Assembly: GCA_965205865.1 (NCBI GenBank)
Contig: CBDBHR010000030.1
Span: 1,248,001 to 1,312,000, forward strand
Origin: a bacterium
GTDB lineage: Bacteria; SAR324; NAC60-12
Length of the DNA stretch: 64,000 nucleotides
Direction: 5' to 3'
The notes under the pieces were generated by a model, which saw only the letters and a program-made list of their open reading frames with translations, was not told where the DNA came from and did not search any database. The translations under genes and the position numbers were made by a program. Below, one piece after another: positions 1 to 9,423 of this stretch (position 1 is the first letter of the stretch; each line of letters opens with the position of its first letter).

Positions 1-53
1 TTACCACCTGACCGCTAGAAAATTCTCTGGTCTGAATAAAAGAAAAATATATT

Positions 54-1301
54 ATGTCTACTGCTCAAAAAGAATTATACGAACTCGGAGAAATGCCGGA
101 ACCGGGAATGGTTCCACAGAAAATGCATGCCTTCCTGGTACGTCAGGATCGCTTTGGTGAACCTCGCAATGCCTGGAAAAGGGAAATCATCCCCACTCCC
201 GAAATTGGCCCGAAAGACGTCCTGGTTTATGTGATGGCCAGCGGCATTAACTACAATAACGTTTGGGCTGCTTTGGGTTATCCGCTCGACGTGATTGCAG
301 ATCGTCAGAAAAAAGGGGAGTCCGAAGATTTCCATGCTGGCGGCAGCGACTGTTCCGGGATTGTCTGGAAAGTAGGGAATGCGGTGAAAGACTGGAAAGT
401 GGGGGATGAAGTGGTCGTTCACAGTGGTTGGTGGAAACCGGACGATCCCTGGGTGCTTTCAGGAAAAGATCCGATGCTTGCTTCCAGTACTCGAATTTGG
501 GGTTATCAGACCAACTATGGCAGTTATTGTCAATTTGCCCGGGCGCAATCCCATCAATTGCAACCGAGGCCCCGGCATCTCACCTGGGAAGCCTCGGGTT
601 GCTATATGTTGTGCGCATCCACGGCATACCGCATGCTGATGGGATGGGAATCTCATATCGTCGAGAAGGACGACGTGGTTCTGGTCTGGGGAGCTGCCGG
701 AGGACTCGGCAGTTTGGCATTACAAATCACCGCTGCTCACGGAGGGAAACCGGTTGCAGTGATTTCTGATGAAGACAAACGACAATACTGTTTGAACCAT
801 GGCGCTGTAGGAGTGATCAACCGCAAGGACTTTGACCATTGGGGTCCCATGCCTGACACGACGACAGCGGAATATAATCCTTGGATTAAAGCGGCGCGTT
901 CTTTCGGCAAAGCAATTTGGCAAATCCTGGGAGAGCGTAAAAATCCCCGCATTGTCTTTGAGCATCCTGGAGAATCCACCTTACCCACTTCTGGCTTTGT
1001 ATGTGACACGGGTGGTATGATTGTGATTTGCGCAGGAACCAGCGGATACAACATCACTATGGATTTACGTTACCATTGGATGATGCAGAAACGCTTCCAG
1101 GGCAGTCACCTTTCCAATGATGAGCAGGCTGCCGCCGTAAACCGGCTTATTGCTGATAAAAAAGTGGATCCCTGCTTATCCGAGACCTTGACTTTCGACC
1201 AAATTGGCTATGCCCATCAGATGATGCATGAAAACAAACACCCCTATGGCAATATGGCCTGCCTGGTCAACGCCACGGAGAAAGGGCAGGGCGCTTCTTG
1301 A
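54..1301 (+). CDS. ccr: crotonyl-CoA carboxylase/reductase
   Basis: 415 aa MDR-family ORF with GINYNNVWA, FHAGGSDCSG, IWGYQTNYGS, VWGAAGGLG, FEHPGESTLPTS and RYHWMMQKRFQGSH motifs typical of Ccr. Confidence 0.93.
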   Translation: MSTAQKELYELGEMPEPGMVPQKMHAFLVRQDRFGEPRNAWKREIIPTPEIGPKDVLVYVMASGINYNNVWAALGYPLDVIADRQKKGESEDFHAGGSDCSGIVWKVGNAVKDWKVGDEVVVHSGWWKPDDPWVLSGKDPMLASSTRIWGYQTNYGSYCQFARAQSHQLQPRPRHLTWEASGCYMLCASTAYRMLMGWESHIVEKDDVVLVWGAAGGLGSLALQITAAHGGKPVAVISDEDKRQYCLNHGAVGVINRKDFDHWGPMPDTTTAEYNPWIKAARSFGKAIWQILGERKNPRIVFEHPGESTLPTSGFVCDTGGMIVICAGTSGYNITMDLRYHWMMQKRFQGSHLSNDEQAAAVNRLIADKKVDPCLSETLTFDQIGYAHQMMHENKHPYGNMACLVNATEKGQGAS

Positions 1302-1319
1302 TGATAAAAATCAATCACT

Positions 1320-1397
1320 GTAACGATTCGGGATTCTTCGGAGACTCCTTCGATTTGAGCACGCATTTTGCGTCATGAAATAGAGAAAGGATTTTAT
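1320..1397 (-). repeat. solo end of the GTAAC(T/G)ATTC-terminated MITE family
   Basis: Reverse complement (aaaatcctttc...aaaatgcgtgctcaaatcgaaggagtctccgaagaatcccgaatcgttac) closely matches ~11920-11997 and ~59755-59832. Confidence 0.8.
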
Positions 1398-1537
1398 GTT
1401 TTGGGTGGTATTCAGGATACAGATCTTATGGAGGATGGGAGAACAGATGCTCTTTCTGTTTGACCTAGTCCAGTTGTTTCTCCAGGTAGTAACTGATGTT
1501 ACGTGCACGATTTTTGCAGTTATGCGTCTCATCGAGT

Positions 1538-1566
1538 TGTCATTCCTGGCGAAGACCAGGAATCCA
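1538..1566 (+). repeat. REP-like hairpin, left inverted repeat of the GIY-YIG element
   Basis: tgtcattcctggcgaagaccaggaatcca, the exact reverse complement of 1886-1914. Confidence 0.95.
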
Positions 1567-1588
1567 CTTTGCTAGCGATCCAGGGTGA

Positions 1589-1873
1589 CTAAAACGTTTC
1601 ATATAAATCTATCCATTGAGGATTATTTTTCTCAATGAGTTCGATTTTCCAAGCTCGTTTCCATTTCTTACGTTGTTTTTCTCTCCGGAGAGCAGCTGTT
1701 ACCTCTGAAGTGGTCTCATGGTATATCAATTGATGTACTTGGTATTTACTGGTAAATCCTTCTATGAGATTGTTTTTATGTTCATAAACTCTTCTAAGAA
1801 GATCATTGGTCACTCCAATATATAAAGTGCCAATTCTTTTACTTGCTAAGATATAAACGTAGTAGGTTTTCAT
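1589..1873 (-). CDS. small stand-alone GIY-YIG nuclease (UPF0213/YhbQ-like)
   Basis: MKTYYVYILAS...LYIGVTNDLLRRVYEHK...REKQ..KWKRAWKIELIE..NPQW.DL; ATG at 1873 preceded by an AGGAG RBS; 94 aa. Confidence 0.92.
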   Translation of the reverse strand: MKTYYVYILASKRIGTLYIGVTNDLLRRVYEHKNNLIEGFTSKYQVHQLIYHETTSEVTAALRREKQRKKWKRAWKIELIEKNNPQWIDLYETF

Positions 1874-1885
1874 GATGGCGACTCC

Positions 1886-1914
1886 TGGATTCCTGGTCTT
1901 CGCCAGGAATGACA
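1886..1914 (-). repeat. REP-like hairpin, right inverted repeat of the GIY-YIG element
   Basis: tggattcctggtcttcgccaggaatgaca. Confidence 0.95.
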
Positions 1915-1978
1915 CACTTGTGGGGAAGCGTATTCATGGAAACCGCTGAATGCAAAAAATATTCATGTAACATGACGT

Positions 1979-2442
1979 CTCGACTTTGAACATTTTATCC
2001 AACTTTTGGGTTTAATAAAATCAATGTCTTACGAATCTGTATTGGAATTAATACAGGTCGTATCATCAAAAATGGAAAACAGTAACCTGTATTAATTTTT
2101 TACAGAATTTCAACCAATTGATATTATTGAATAATGAAAATTAAAAGAATAAAGAATCCACCTTCTTAGAAGGTGGTTTTGATGGGCCCCTGGAAGGGGC
2201 GGCTCGTGATCGTACTCGTGAGCCGTGCTCGTGAACGAAACGGCATCCCAGAGAATCCAGGATTCCCTGCCGTCTCTTCTATTCGTAATCCCCATCTCAA
2301 GGGAATCGGGAACGTTTCTATCGAGCACGTGCACGAGCACGATTACGAACACGAGCACGTTTCTGGCAGAGCCGATTATCTCTGACCACGCCCAAAGGAC
2401 GTGGTTTCATCAGATAAAATAAATCGAATGTCCAAAGTCCAG
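1979..2442. mobile_element. putative MITE with 16-bp imperfect TIRs
   Basis: ctcgactttgaacatt (1979-1994) vs aatgtccaaagtccag (2427-2442), 14/16 inverted match; no credible ORF; internal gagcac/gtgctc short repeats; no TSD seen. Confidence 0.5.
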
Positions 2443-2803
2443 GAGGGGGAATAAAGTTGTTGTTTTTTTCTGAGGGTTAAAGAATTTCTGCTGGTCTTTT
2501 GCTTTCTCTTGTGATAGTTCTCGAGAAATCGTCTTTGGCTGAAGGTTTTATTTCAATTTCGCTCATATTTATTTAGCCGAAAGTCATGTAAAACATCATA
2601 TCCTCACCAGAGGATTTTTAGAAACTGTCAACGGGGAATTGAAAAGTGCCAAAAATGTTGACTTCCGTATTTCTATATGAAAAAGTATTTTCGTTGATCA
2701 TAAGAATACACTCATGAATGAATGAGTCGCCATATTTAAAAAAATCTTGATACGTTTGCAGAGCGATTATAATATTTTATTCCAGGGACGGAAAAGCAAT
2801 AAT

Positions 2804-2845
2804 GAGATCCTTCGCTTTGCCGCTCGGCGTACCGTCAGGATGACA
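2804..2845 (-). repeat. solo GTCAT-tagged REP-like hairpin variant
   Basis: Minus strand reads tgtcatcctgacgg...gcgaaggatctc. Confidence 0.6.
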
Positions 2846-2920
2846 TGAAAGTCTGAAATTAACCCGTTTCAAGTATAAAAAATCTTGATAATGAGGTGGA
2901 TATGAGAGTAAACTCAAAAA

Positions 2921-2988
2921 CCAGTTCCCAGTTCCCAGTTCCCAGTTCCCAGTTCCCAGTTCCCAGTTCCCAGTTCCCAGTTCCCAGT
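2921..2988 (+). repeat. heptamer tandem repeat (CCAGTTC)x9 plus a partial unit
   Basis: Nine perfect units followed by CCAGT, intergenic. Confidence 0.97.
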
Positions 2989-3223
2989 AATAAGTTCCGA
3001 GCACCAAGCTCCCAATCACAAGTTCTACCTCCTTATATTATCTCGACTTCAGGGAGAGATCCCTAAGATTCCTCGTTCCCAATTCCCCGTTCCGGGAACG
3101 GAACGGCAATGGGGAATTTGGAAAATCATCGACGCCTGAGTGCGTCGGTTTATGGTTCATTGCCCAATCCTGGAGCCAATGAATCGGTTTTTTGATCACT
3201 TGAAAATGAAGGAGACCCAATGT

Positions 3224-3391
3224 GTAGAGCAATCGTCGAGAACATGCTTTCTGGAACGAAAGCAGGTTTTAAAGCAACCCGCAATCTTGTTTTTAATCAA
3301 AAAGCAAAAAGGAGCACCATGAACCGTCAAAAAAGTAGAGAAATCGTCGAGAACGTGCTTTCGGGAATCAAAGCAGGTTTTAAATCAATCC
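3224..3391 (+). repeat. 57-bp imperfect direct repeat upstream of the SBP gene
   Basis: gtagagcaatcgtcgagaacatgc...gcaggttttaaagcaaccc (3224-3280) and gtagagaaatcgtcgagaacgtgc...gcaggttttaaatcaatcc (3335-3391). Confidence 0.9.
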
Positions 3392-3423
3392 TTAATTATG
3401 AACATCCATTCGAAAGGAAAAAG

Positions 3424-5193
3424 ATGTTTAATCAAAGAAGCAGCTCAAAATTGAGCGCAACCCTGCTGGCTCTCATCCTGGGAGCAAGCGTCTTCATGGC
3501 TGGCCAGGTCTGGGCAGCCAAGTATGTGACGGACCCCACCAACGGCAAGATAGTGACCGCTCCGGAATACGGCGGGACATTCACCTATGCCATGAATAAC
3601 GAACCTACCGCAGTTGACGTCTGGTTCCACCACGGGGCGGTACCTGTCATCAGTGGTGTTTTAGAGAAGCTAGGCACCGTGAACTGGGGAATAGATAGGG
3701 CCGAATATAACTTCGTGGGTCTGGTCCAGCCTGAATTTGCCACGACAGGGCAGCTGGCGGAAAGCTGGGAGATGCCCGACGACAGAACCATTGTCGTCAA
3801 AGTCCGCCAAGGCGTTCACTGGCATAATAAGGCACCGATGATCGGTCGGGAGCTGACTGCCAAGGATATCGAATACAACTTTCACCGCTTGATGGGTCTG
3901 GGCAAGTTTGCCGAAGCCGGACCTACCAACATTACCCAGGTTCTCAGAACTGTGTCATTCGAATCGATAACGGCCACCGACAAATGGACGGTTGTTTTTA
4001 AGCTGAAGAAGCCACACCTCGGTGCGCTGATGGGTATCCTCGAGGACTGGATTGCTTATATGTACCCCCCCGAGGTATTCGAGCAATACGGCGACGCTCA
4101 GGATTGGAGGAACCTGGTCGGTACCGGGCCCTTTATGCTGACTGACTGGGTCGAGGGCAGCTCTATGACCTGGGACAAGAATCCTGACTACTGGGGCTAC
4201 GACGAAAAATACTCGCAGAACCGGCTGCCCTATGTTGACCAGATAAGGGCCCTGACTATGCCCGAAGTGGCAACACAACGGGCGGGACTGCGCTCGGGTA
4301 AGCTTGATGGCTTGTATGGCGGGACTGCGATAAAGTCTGTCGACGCGGCAGAGAGCCTTGAGCGGGCCAACCCCGAAATCAAGCTGTGGAAGAGGGTCAC
4401 TGCTTCGGTCTTTAGTACTGGTCTTAACATCAATAAGCCGCCCTTTAACGACATCAGGGTGCGCAAGGCAATGCAGATGGCACTGGACCTTGAGACAATT
4501 AACAGTGCCTTCTTTAAGGGTCATGGAGATACGACACCTCACGGGCAGGTAGGGGATGCTGTCCCCGGGTATTTCATCCCATTTGAAGAGTGGCCCGCCG
4601 AGCTCAAGAAAGTCTATGACTATAACCCGGAAGGGGCAGAAGCCTTGATTGATGCGGCTGGGTATCCGCGCGGCGCCGACGGCATTAGATTCAAGACCAA
4701 GTTGATGCACAACGTGCACAAGGATTTGAACTATTACCAATTACTCGCTGCATACTGGAATAAGATTGGCATTGACGTTGAGATTGATTTTCCGCCTATT
4801 GCTACCTGGGTGGCTAGAAGAACCTCTCGGGATTTCGAAATGATCGAACACGAAATGGCCTATGGGAGTCTGTCTGATCCTCTCAATCCTGTGAACCGCT
4901 TTACCAACGTTCCGTGGAACAGCGCCGCAGTGGAGGACCCGGTTTATGACGCCATGTTTGAAGCCGCCGGAGCCGCTACCACCATCGAGGAGCTGCAGAG
5001 GCTGGTTAAAGAGCTGGATATGTACGCGATAGAGAGGCACTGGACCGTATGGAGTCCTATGAATCCAAATTTTGACGCCTTCCAGCCGTGGATCAAAGGT
5101 TACGACGGTGAATTCACGTTGTCATACATTCATAGACATTTCGTCCTCGCCCGCCTCTGGATTGACCAGGAACTGAAGGACAGGACCCAGTAA
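3424..5193 (+). CDS. ABC transporter substrate-binding protein, family 5 (DppA/OppA-like)
   Basis: Signal peptide after MFNQ, PEYGGT, LAESWE, GTGPF, NPDYW, PFNDIRVRKA; ATG 3424 chosen over the upstream ORF extension. Confidence 0.92.
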   Translation: MFNQRSSSKLSATLLALILGASVFMAGQVWAAKYVTDPTNGKIVTAPEYGGTFTYAMNNEPTAVDVWFHHGAVPVISGVLEKLGTVNWGIDRAEYNFVGLVQPEFATTGQLAESWEMPDDRTIVVKVRQGVHWHNKAPMIGRELTAKDIEYNFHRLMGLGKFAEAGPTNITQVLRTVSFESITATDKWTVVFKLKKPHLGALMGILEDWIAYMYPPEVFEQYGDAQDWRNLVGTGPFMLTDWVEGSSMTWDKNPDYWGYDEKYSQNRLPYVDQIRALTMPEVATQRAGLRSGKLDGLYGGTAIKSVDAAESLERANPEIKLWKRVTASVFSTGLNINKPPFNDIRVRKAMQMALDLETINSAFFKGHGDTTPHGQVGDAVPGYFIPFEEWPAELKKVYDYNPEGAEALIDAAGYPRGADGIRFKTKLMHNVHKDLNYYQLLAAYWNKIGIDVEIDFPPIATWVARRTSRDFEMIEHEMAYGSLSDPLNPVNRFTNVPWNSAAVEDPVYDAMFEAAGAATTIEELQRLVKELDMYAIERHWTVWSPMNPNFDAFQPWIKGYDGEFTLSYIHRHFVLARLWIDQELKDRTQ

Positions 5194-5214
5194 CAGGCCG
5201 ACTGGAAGTACTTA

Positions 5215-5240
5215 TGGACCGGGCAGTACTGCCCGGTCCA
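5215..5240. terminator. 26-bp perfect palindrome after the SBP stop (terminator or mRNA-stabilising hairpin)
   Basis: tggaccgggcagtactgcccggtcca; no U-tract. Confidence 0.55.
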
Positions 5241-5300
5241 CTCTAGTACTGCTGTCAGAAAATGGTTTGACCTTCTGTTAAGGTAATAATGAGTCCTGTT

Positions 5301-5378
5301 TGTCATTCCGGGCGAAGACCCGGAATCCGGGGGACTTACCCTAGAACTCCCAGATCCCGGATCAAGTCCGGGATGACA
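5301..5378. repeat. REP doublet (gene-less), probably inside a larger element at ~5243-5414
   Basis: tgtcattccgggcgaagacccggaatcc - spacer - gatcccggatcaagtccgggatgaca; right arm plus ~35 bp of flank shared with 8226-8287. Confidence 0.9.
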
Positions 5379-5462
5379 CAGAATGGGTCAATCACTTCGT
5401 AACGCCTGTACCAGGATACACCGCGTTTCCCTGCCAATTTCAAAAATGATGAGGTCCGTCCC

Positions 5463-6470
5463 ATGAGAGCCTATATCATCAGGCGCTTATTGCTGATAAT
5501 CCCCACCTTGTTTATATTGACCATCCTGGTCTTTCTCTCGGTGCGCTTCATCCCGGGCGATGTCATAGACGTAATGATGAGTAGGATGGAAATGTACTTT
5601 AACTGGGACGAACGTGACCGTGAAGTTCTTGAGCATAAGCTGGGATTAAACGTGCCTGTGCACGTGCAGTATGGACGCTGGATAGGAGTGTTGCCGACCC
5701 CTGACTGGGTTACCGGTGAGTCCCGCTACAACGGTCTCCTCCAGGGCACCCTTGGCCAGTCACTGCTTCGCGGCCAGGAGGCGGTAGAGGAGAAGATAAT
5801 AGGTAGATTGCCAGTGACCATTGAGCTTGGAGTCATGGCAATCGTGATCGGGCTCGTGATAGCGCTGCCAGTCGGCATCTATTCGGCGATTCGGCAGGAT
5901 ACAGCCGCCGACTACGCGGGGCGCTCCATCGCCGTCATCGGCCTGGCAACGCCTAACTTCTGGCTGGGCATCATGGTCATGATCTTCCCGGCACTCTGGT
6001 GGGGCTGGTCGCCACCGATGGAGCTGGTTTCTTTCACGGAAGACCCGCTGGGGAATCTCGGGGTGTTCCTCATTCCCAGTCTGATTCTGGGGACGGCCAT
6101 GGCTGCAGCCACAATGCGGATGACGCGCACCATGATGCTGGAGGTGCTCAGGCAAGACTATATCAGGACCGCCTGGTCAAAGGGACTCAAGGAGAAGGTC
6201 GTGGTGATCAGACACGCCCTCAAGAATGCCCTCATCCCGGTCGTGACCCTGATCGGCTTGCAGTTGCCGATCCTGGTCGGCGGCGCCGTGATCATGGAGA
6301 ACATCTTCAACCTGCCGGGGCTCGGGCGTCTCTTGCTGAATGCCCTCAATGACAGAGACTACCCGATGGTTTCCGGAATAAACCTGGTTTTCGCCACTGG
6401 CGTGGTGGGGATCAATCTATTTATCGACCTGTTCTATGCCTTCTTGGACCCAAGGGTGCGGTATGAGTGA
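5463..6470 (+). CDS. ABC transporter permease (DppB/OppB-like)
   Basis: YIIRRLL, PGD, RLPVTIEL, and EAA region MLEVLRQDYIRTAWSKGL...DPRVR. Confidence 0.95.
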   Translation: MRAYIIRRLLLIIPTLFILTILVFLSVRFIPGDVIDVMMSRMEMYFNWDERDREVLEHKLGLNVPVHVQYGRWIGVLPTPDWVTGESRYNGLLQGTLGQSLLRGQEAVEEKIIGRLPVTIELGVMAIVIGLVIALPVGIYSAIRQDTAADYAGRSIAVIGLATPNFWLGIMVMIFPALWWGWSPPMELVSFTEDPLGNLGVFLIPSLILGTAMAAATMRMTRTMMLEVLRQDYIRTAWSKGLKEKVVVIRHALKNALIPVVTLIGLQLPILVGGAVIMENIFNLPGLGRLLLNALNDRDYPMVSGINLVFATGVVGINLFIDLFYAFLDPRVRYE

Positions 6471-7209
6471 ATCAAAGCGACGGGGCCGGCTGTCGGATTT
6501 CTTCATCAGGCTGCTCAAGGAGAAGCCGCTCGGTACTGTCGGTCTGGCCGCGACGGCGCTGAATGTGCTCATCGCAGTCCTGATCGGCGGCACTTCCGGA
6601 TTCATTGGCGGGAAATTCGACCTGGTGGTGCAGCGCTTTGTCGATGCCTGGATGTTTCCCGGGACTGCTGCTCTTGTTAACCATCATGTCCATCGTGGGG
6701 CGGGGTTTGCCACAGATCATCCTGGTCCTGGGGGTCACCGGAGGCATCGGCGGCTCCCGAGTCATCCGAGGTGCCGTAGTGGGCATTAAAGAGAATGACT
6801 ATTTTCTGGCAGCCCGGCCGTAGGCACTCCCACGCGCCATATCCTGATCCGGCATGTCCTGCCCAATATCATGGCGCCCCTGATCATCATCTTCTCGATC
6901 AACATTGGCGGCGTTATCATTACCGAGGCATCGCTGAGCTTCCTCGGATACGGGCCGCCCGTCGAGTTACCCAGCTGGGGTGGCATGCTCAGCCGGGAAG
7001 GACGCACCTACATGGAGATGGCGCCCTGGCTGGCGCTCTTTCCCGGTCTTGCCCTGACGATTGTCGTCTACTCCCTCAACATGTTCGGCGATGCCATGCG
7101 GGACCTGCTCGATCCCCGGCTTCGGGGTGGTGAGGGTCGTTACGGCACCGCAAAAGGGAGACGCAAAAGAGGTCTCCTGGCCCGATTGATCAACCCTTTC
7201 AACTGGTAA
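6463..7209 (+). pseudogene. DppC/OppC-like permease with internal deletion and frameshifts
   Basis: KEKPLGT joined directly to VGLAAT, lacking the TM1 and LGTD region seen in paralogs; homology switches across ORFs 6436, 6605 and 6871; C-terminus similar to 49471-50439. Confidence 0.88.
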
Positions 7210-7446
7210 GCGCAAAAAATTAGAGGTGGCTGCATTTAAGGAGAAGCCTTGGAATCTCTGTAAAAATCCCCCTAATTCTGTCAGCTCTCTCTTGTTACGA
7301 CATCCAACAATGAGTTCTAGTTCTGTAATCACACTAATTCCTATCGAACTCTGAGCCTCAATTCGTTTCAAGTAATCAATGGCTTCCTGTACGTCTCTTC
7401 CAACATCAATGAGAATATCGGTATCAATCAAAATGATTTCTGCCAT
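7210..7446 (-). pseudogene. PIN-domain (VapC-like) toxin, 3'-truncated
   Basis: ILIDTDILID...ISVITELELIVG; PIN-like sequence ends after ~78 aa and the ORF then runs antisense through dppC. Confidence 0.8.
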
Positions 7447-7595
7447 TTCTGGCTCTCCACTCTTGTTTTCTTACCCTTTGAACCCATGAGGAACTATCTT
7501 CCATATCTTTTCTATCTCTCCACATCCCCACAAATGCATCTTTTCCCAAATCTGAATAGTCGCCTTTTGATTGGTTTTGATACCGTTGAGCTAAA
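7424..7595 (-). pseudogene. antitoxin C-terminal remnant (DUF2281-like)
   Basis: FVGMWRDRKDMEDSSSWVQRVRKQEW directly upstream of and overlapping the PIN gene; 5' end replaced by dppC sequence. Confidence 0.6.
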
Positions 7596-8046
7596 GAATT
7601 ATGGTTAACAAGAGCAGCAGCCCCGGGAAGGCCATCCAGGCATCGACAAAGCGCTGCACCGCCAGGTCCCATTTCCCTCCCAGAAACCCCGAAATGCCAC
7701 CGATGAGGAGCGCGACGATGACATTGAGCGCCGTGGCGGCCAGACCGACGGTTAAGGAAATGCGAGCCCCGACGATCAGGCGGCTCAACAAGTCACGCCC
7801 CGTATGGTCGGTCCCCAGCAGATACTGAGCGGAGGGACCAGTCAGCCGATCGGCCATGCGCATTTTCTTATAGGGATAAGGGGCCAACTCATCGGCAAAG
7901 ATCGCCACCAGAATCAAGAGCAAGACGATCATCCCGCAGGCCGTACCCAGGGGCTGCTCCTTGAGCAGCCTGATCAGGAAATCCGCCAGCCGGGAACGTC
8001 TCTTTGGCTTACGGGTGGGGGATGGTGTTTCTTGGGTGTTGTTCAT
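7591..8046 (-). pseudogene. DppC-like permease, 3'-truncated
   Basis: KEQPLG...YLLGTDHTGRDLLSRLIVGARISL...AFPGLLLL, then stops at the junction with the TA remnant. Confidence 0.9.
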
Positions 8047-8159
8047 GATTTAGGTATTTATTTTAGGCTGAAGGCTGAAGACCGAAGATTAGGTATTTAG
8101 GCTGGTTGACCGACAAATCTCACACAATTCTCTTAAATTTAGAACTCAATTCTCGTTAT

Positions 8160-8251
8160 TGTCATTCCTGGCTTGCCCAGGAATCCACCGGGCTGGCGTT
8201 CCAGGGGGCTTACCGACTTTTCCTAGATCCCGGATCAAGTCCGGGATGACA
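8160..8251. repeat. REP doublet (gene-less)
   Basis: tgtcattcctggcttgcccaggaatcca - spacer - gatcccggatcaagtccgggatgaca. Confidence 0.9.
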
Positions 8252-8342
8252 CAAAAAGGGTTAATTACTTCGTAACACCTGTACTAGTAGGCTGAGGATT
8301 GAAGTTTAGACTGATGCCCTAACAGTCTTCAGCTAAACCCCT

Positions 8343-9350
8343 TTATTTATACCGAACCCTGGGGTCCAGGAAAGCATAAATCACGTCGATGAGGAGATTG
8401 ATCCCCAAAACCGTGGCAGCAAAAACCAGGTTTATTGCGGAGATTACCGGGTAGTTTCTGTTATTGAGGGCATCGACAAACATACGGCCTATCCCTGGCA
8501 GAACAAATATTTTTTCCATGATAACGGAGCCCCCGATCAGGAGGGGGAGTTGCAGGCCGACGAGCGTCACTACCGGGATGAATGCATTCTTGATGGCGTG
8601 TCCGATAATAATCACCCGTTCCTTGAGACCCTTCGACCAAGCCGTCCTGATATAGTCCTGCCTGAGCACCTCCAGCATCATGGTGCGCGTCATCCGCATG
8701 GTGGCGGCAGCCATGCCCGTCCCCAGAATCACGGCCGGAATGAGGAACATGCCGAAATTCCCCAGTGGGTTTTCCGTGAAGGTGATCAGCTCCACCGATG
8801 GCGACCAGCCCCACCAGATGGCCGGGTAGAGCATGACCATAACGGCCAGCCAAAAATTCGGCGCTGCCAGGCCGATGACGGCGACGGTGCGCCCTACGTA
8901 GTCGGTGGCGGTATCCTGGCGAACCGCCGAGTAGATACCGACAGGCAGGGCGATGACGAGCCCGATGACGATGGCCATGGTCCCAAGCTCGAGGGTGACC
9001 GGCAATCTACCGATGAGCTTCTCCCCTATCGACCAATAGCCACGCAGTGAGTGGCCAAGGCTGCCTTGGAGGAGACCTTTAAAGTGGGGCTCACCGGTAG
9101 GCCAGCCAGGAGTCGGCAACACTCCTATCCAGCGTCCGTACTGCACGTAGACAGGCACGTCCAGTCCCAGCATACGCTCAAGCGCTTCGCGGTCTATATC
9201 GGCACCCGCGGCATACCATACTTCCATCTCAGCCACCATGGCGTCTATTATATTGCCTGGGAAGAAGCGTACCGCGAGAAAGACTATGATGGTCAATAGA
9301 AACAAGGTGGGGATGATCAGCAATAACCGCCTGATGAGATAGGTTCTCAT
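8343..9350 (-). CDS. ABC transporter permease (DppB-like)
   Basis: MRTYLIRRLL..., paralog of 5463-6470. Confidence 0.95.
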   Translation of the reverse strand: MRTYLIRRLLLIIPTLFLLTIIVFLAVRFFPGNIIDAMVAEMEVWYAAGADIDREALERMLGLDVPVYVQYGRWIGVLPTPGWPTGEPHFKGLLQGSLGHSLRGYWSIGEKLIGRLPVTLELGTMAIVIGLVIALPVGIYSAVRQDTATDYVGRTVAVIGLAAPNFWLAVMVMLYPAIWWGWSPSVELITFTENPLGNFGMFLIPAVILGTGMAAATMRMTRTMMLEVLRQDYIRTAWSKGLKERVIIIGHAIKNAFIPVVTLVGLQLPLLIGGSVIMEKIFVLPGIGRMFVDALNNRNYPVISAINLVFAATVLGINLLIDVIYAFLDPRVRYK

Positions 9351-9423
9351 GTGTTGTTGCCCCAAGTATGGGAGCTGGGAAGCGCGCTCGCAAGCGATAG
9401 CCTCCAGGCTCTCTTTTTCCTCA

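Noticed and set aside
2777-3019. ORF with WELGTGN repeats
   Set aside because: Translation of the heptamer tandem repeat and a REP arm; no coding evidence.
3220-3423. N-terminal extension of the SBP
   Set aside because: It consists of the 57-bp duplication; the signal peptide begins after Met at 3424.
6967-7446. 159-aa full-length VapC
   Set aside because: The C-terminal half is antisense dppC sequence.
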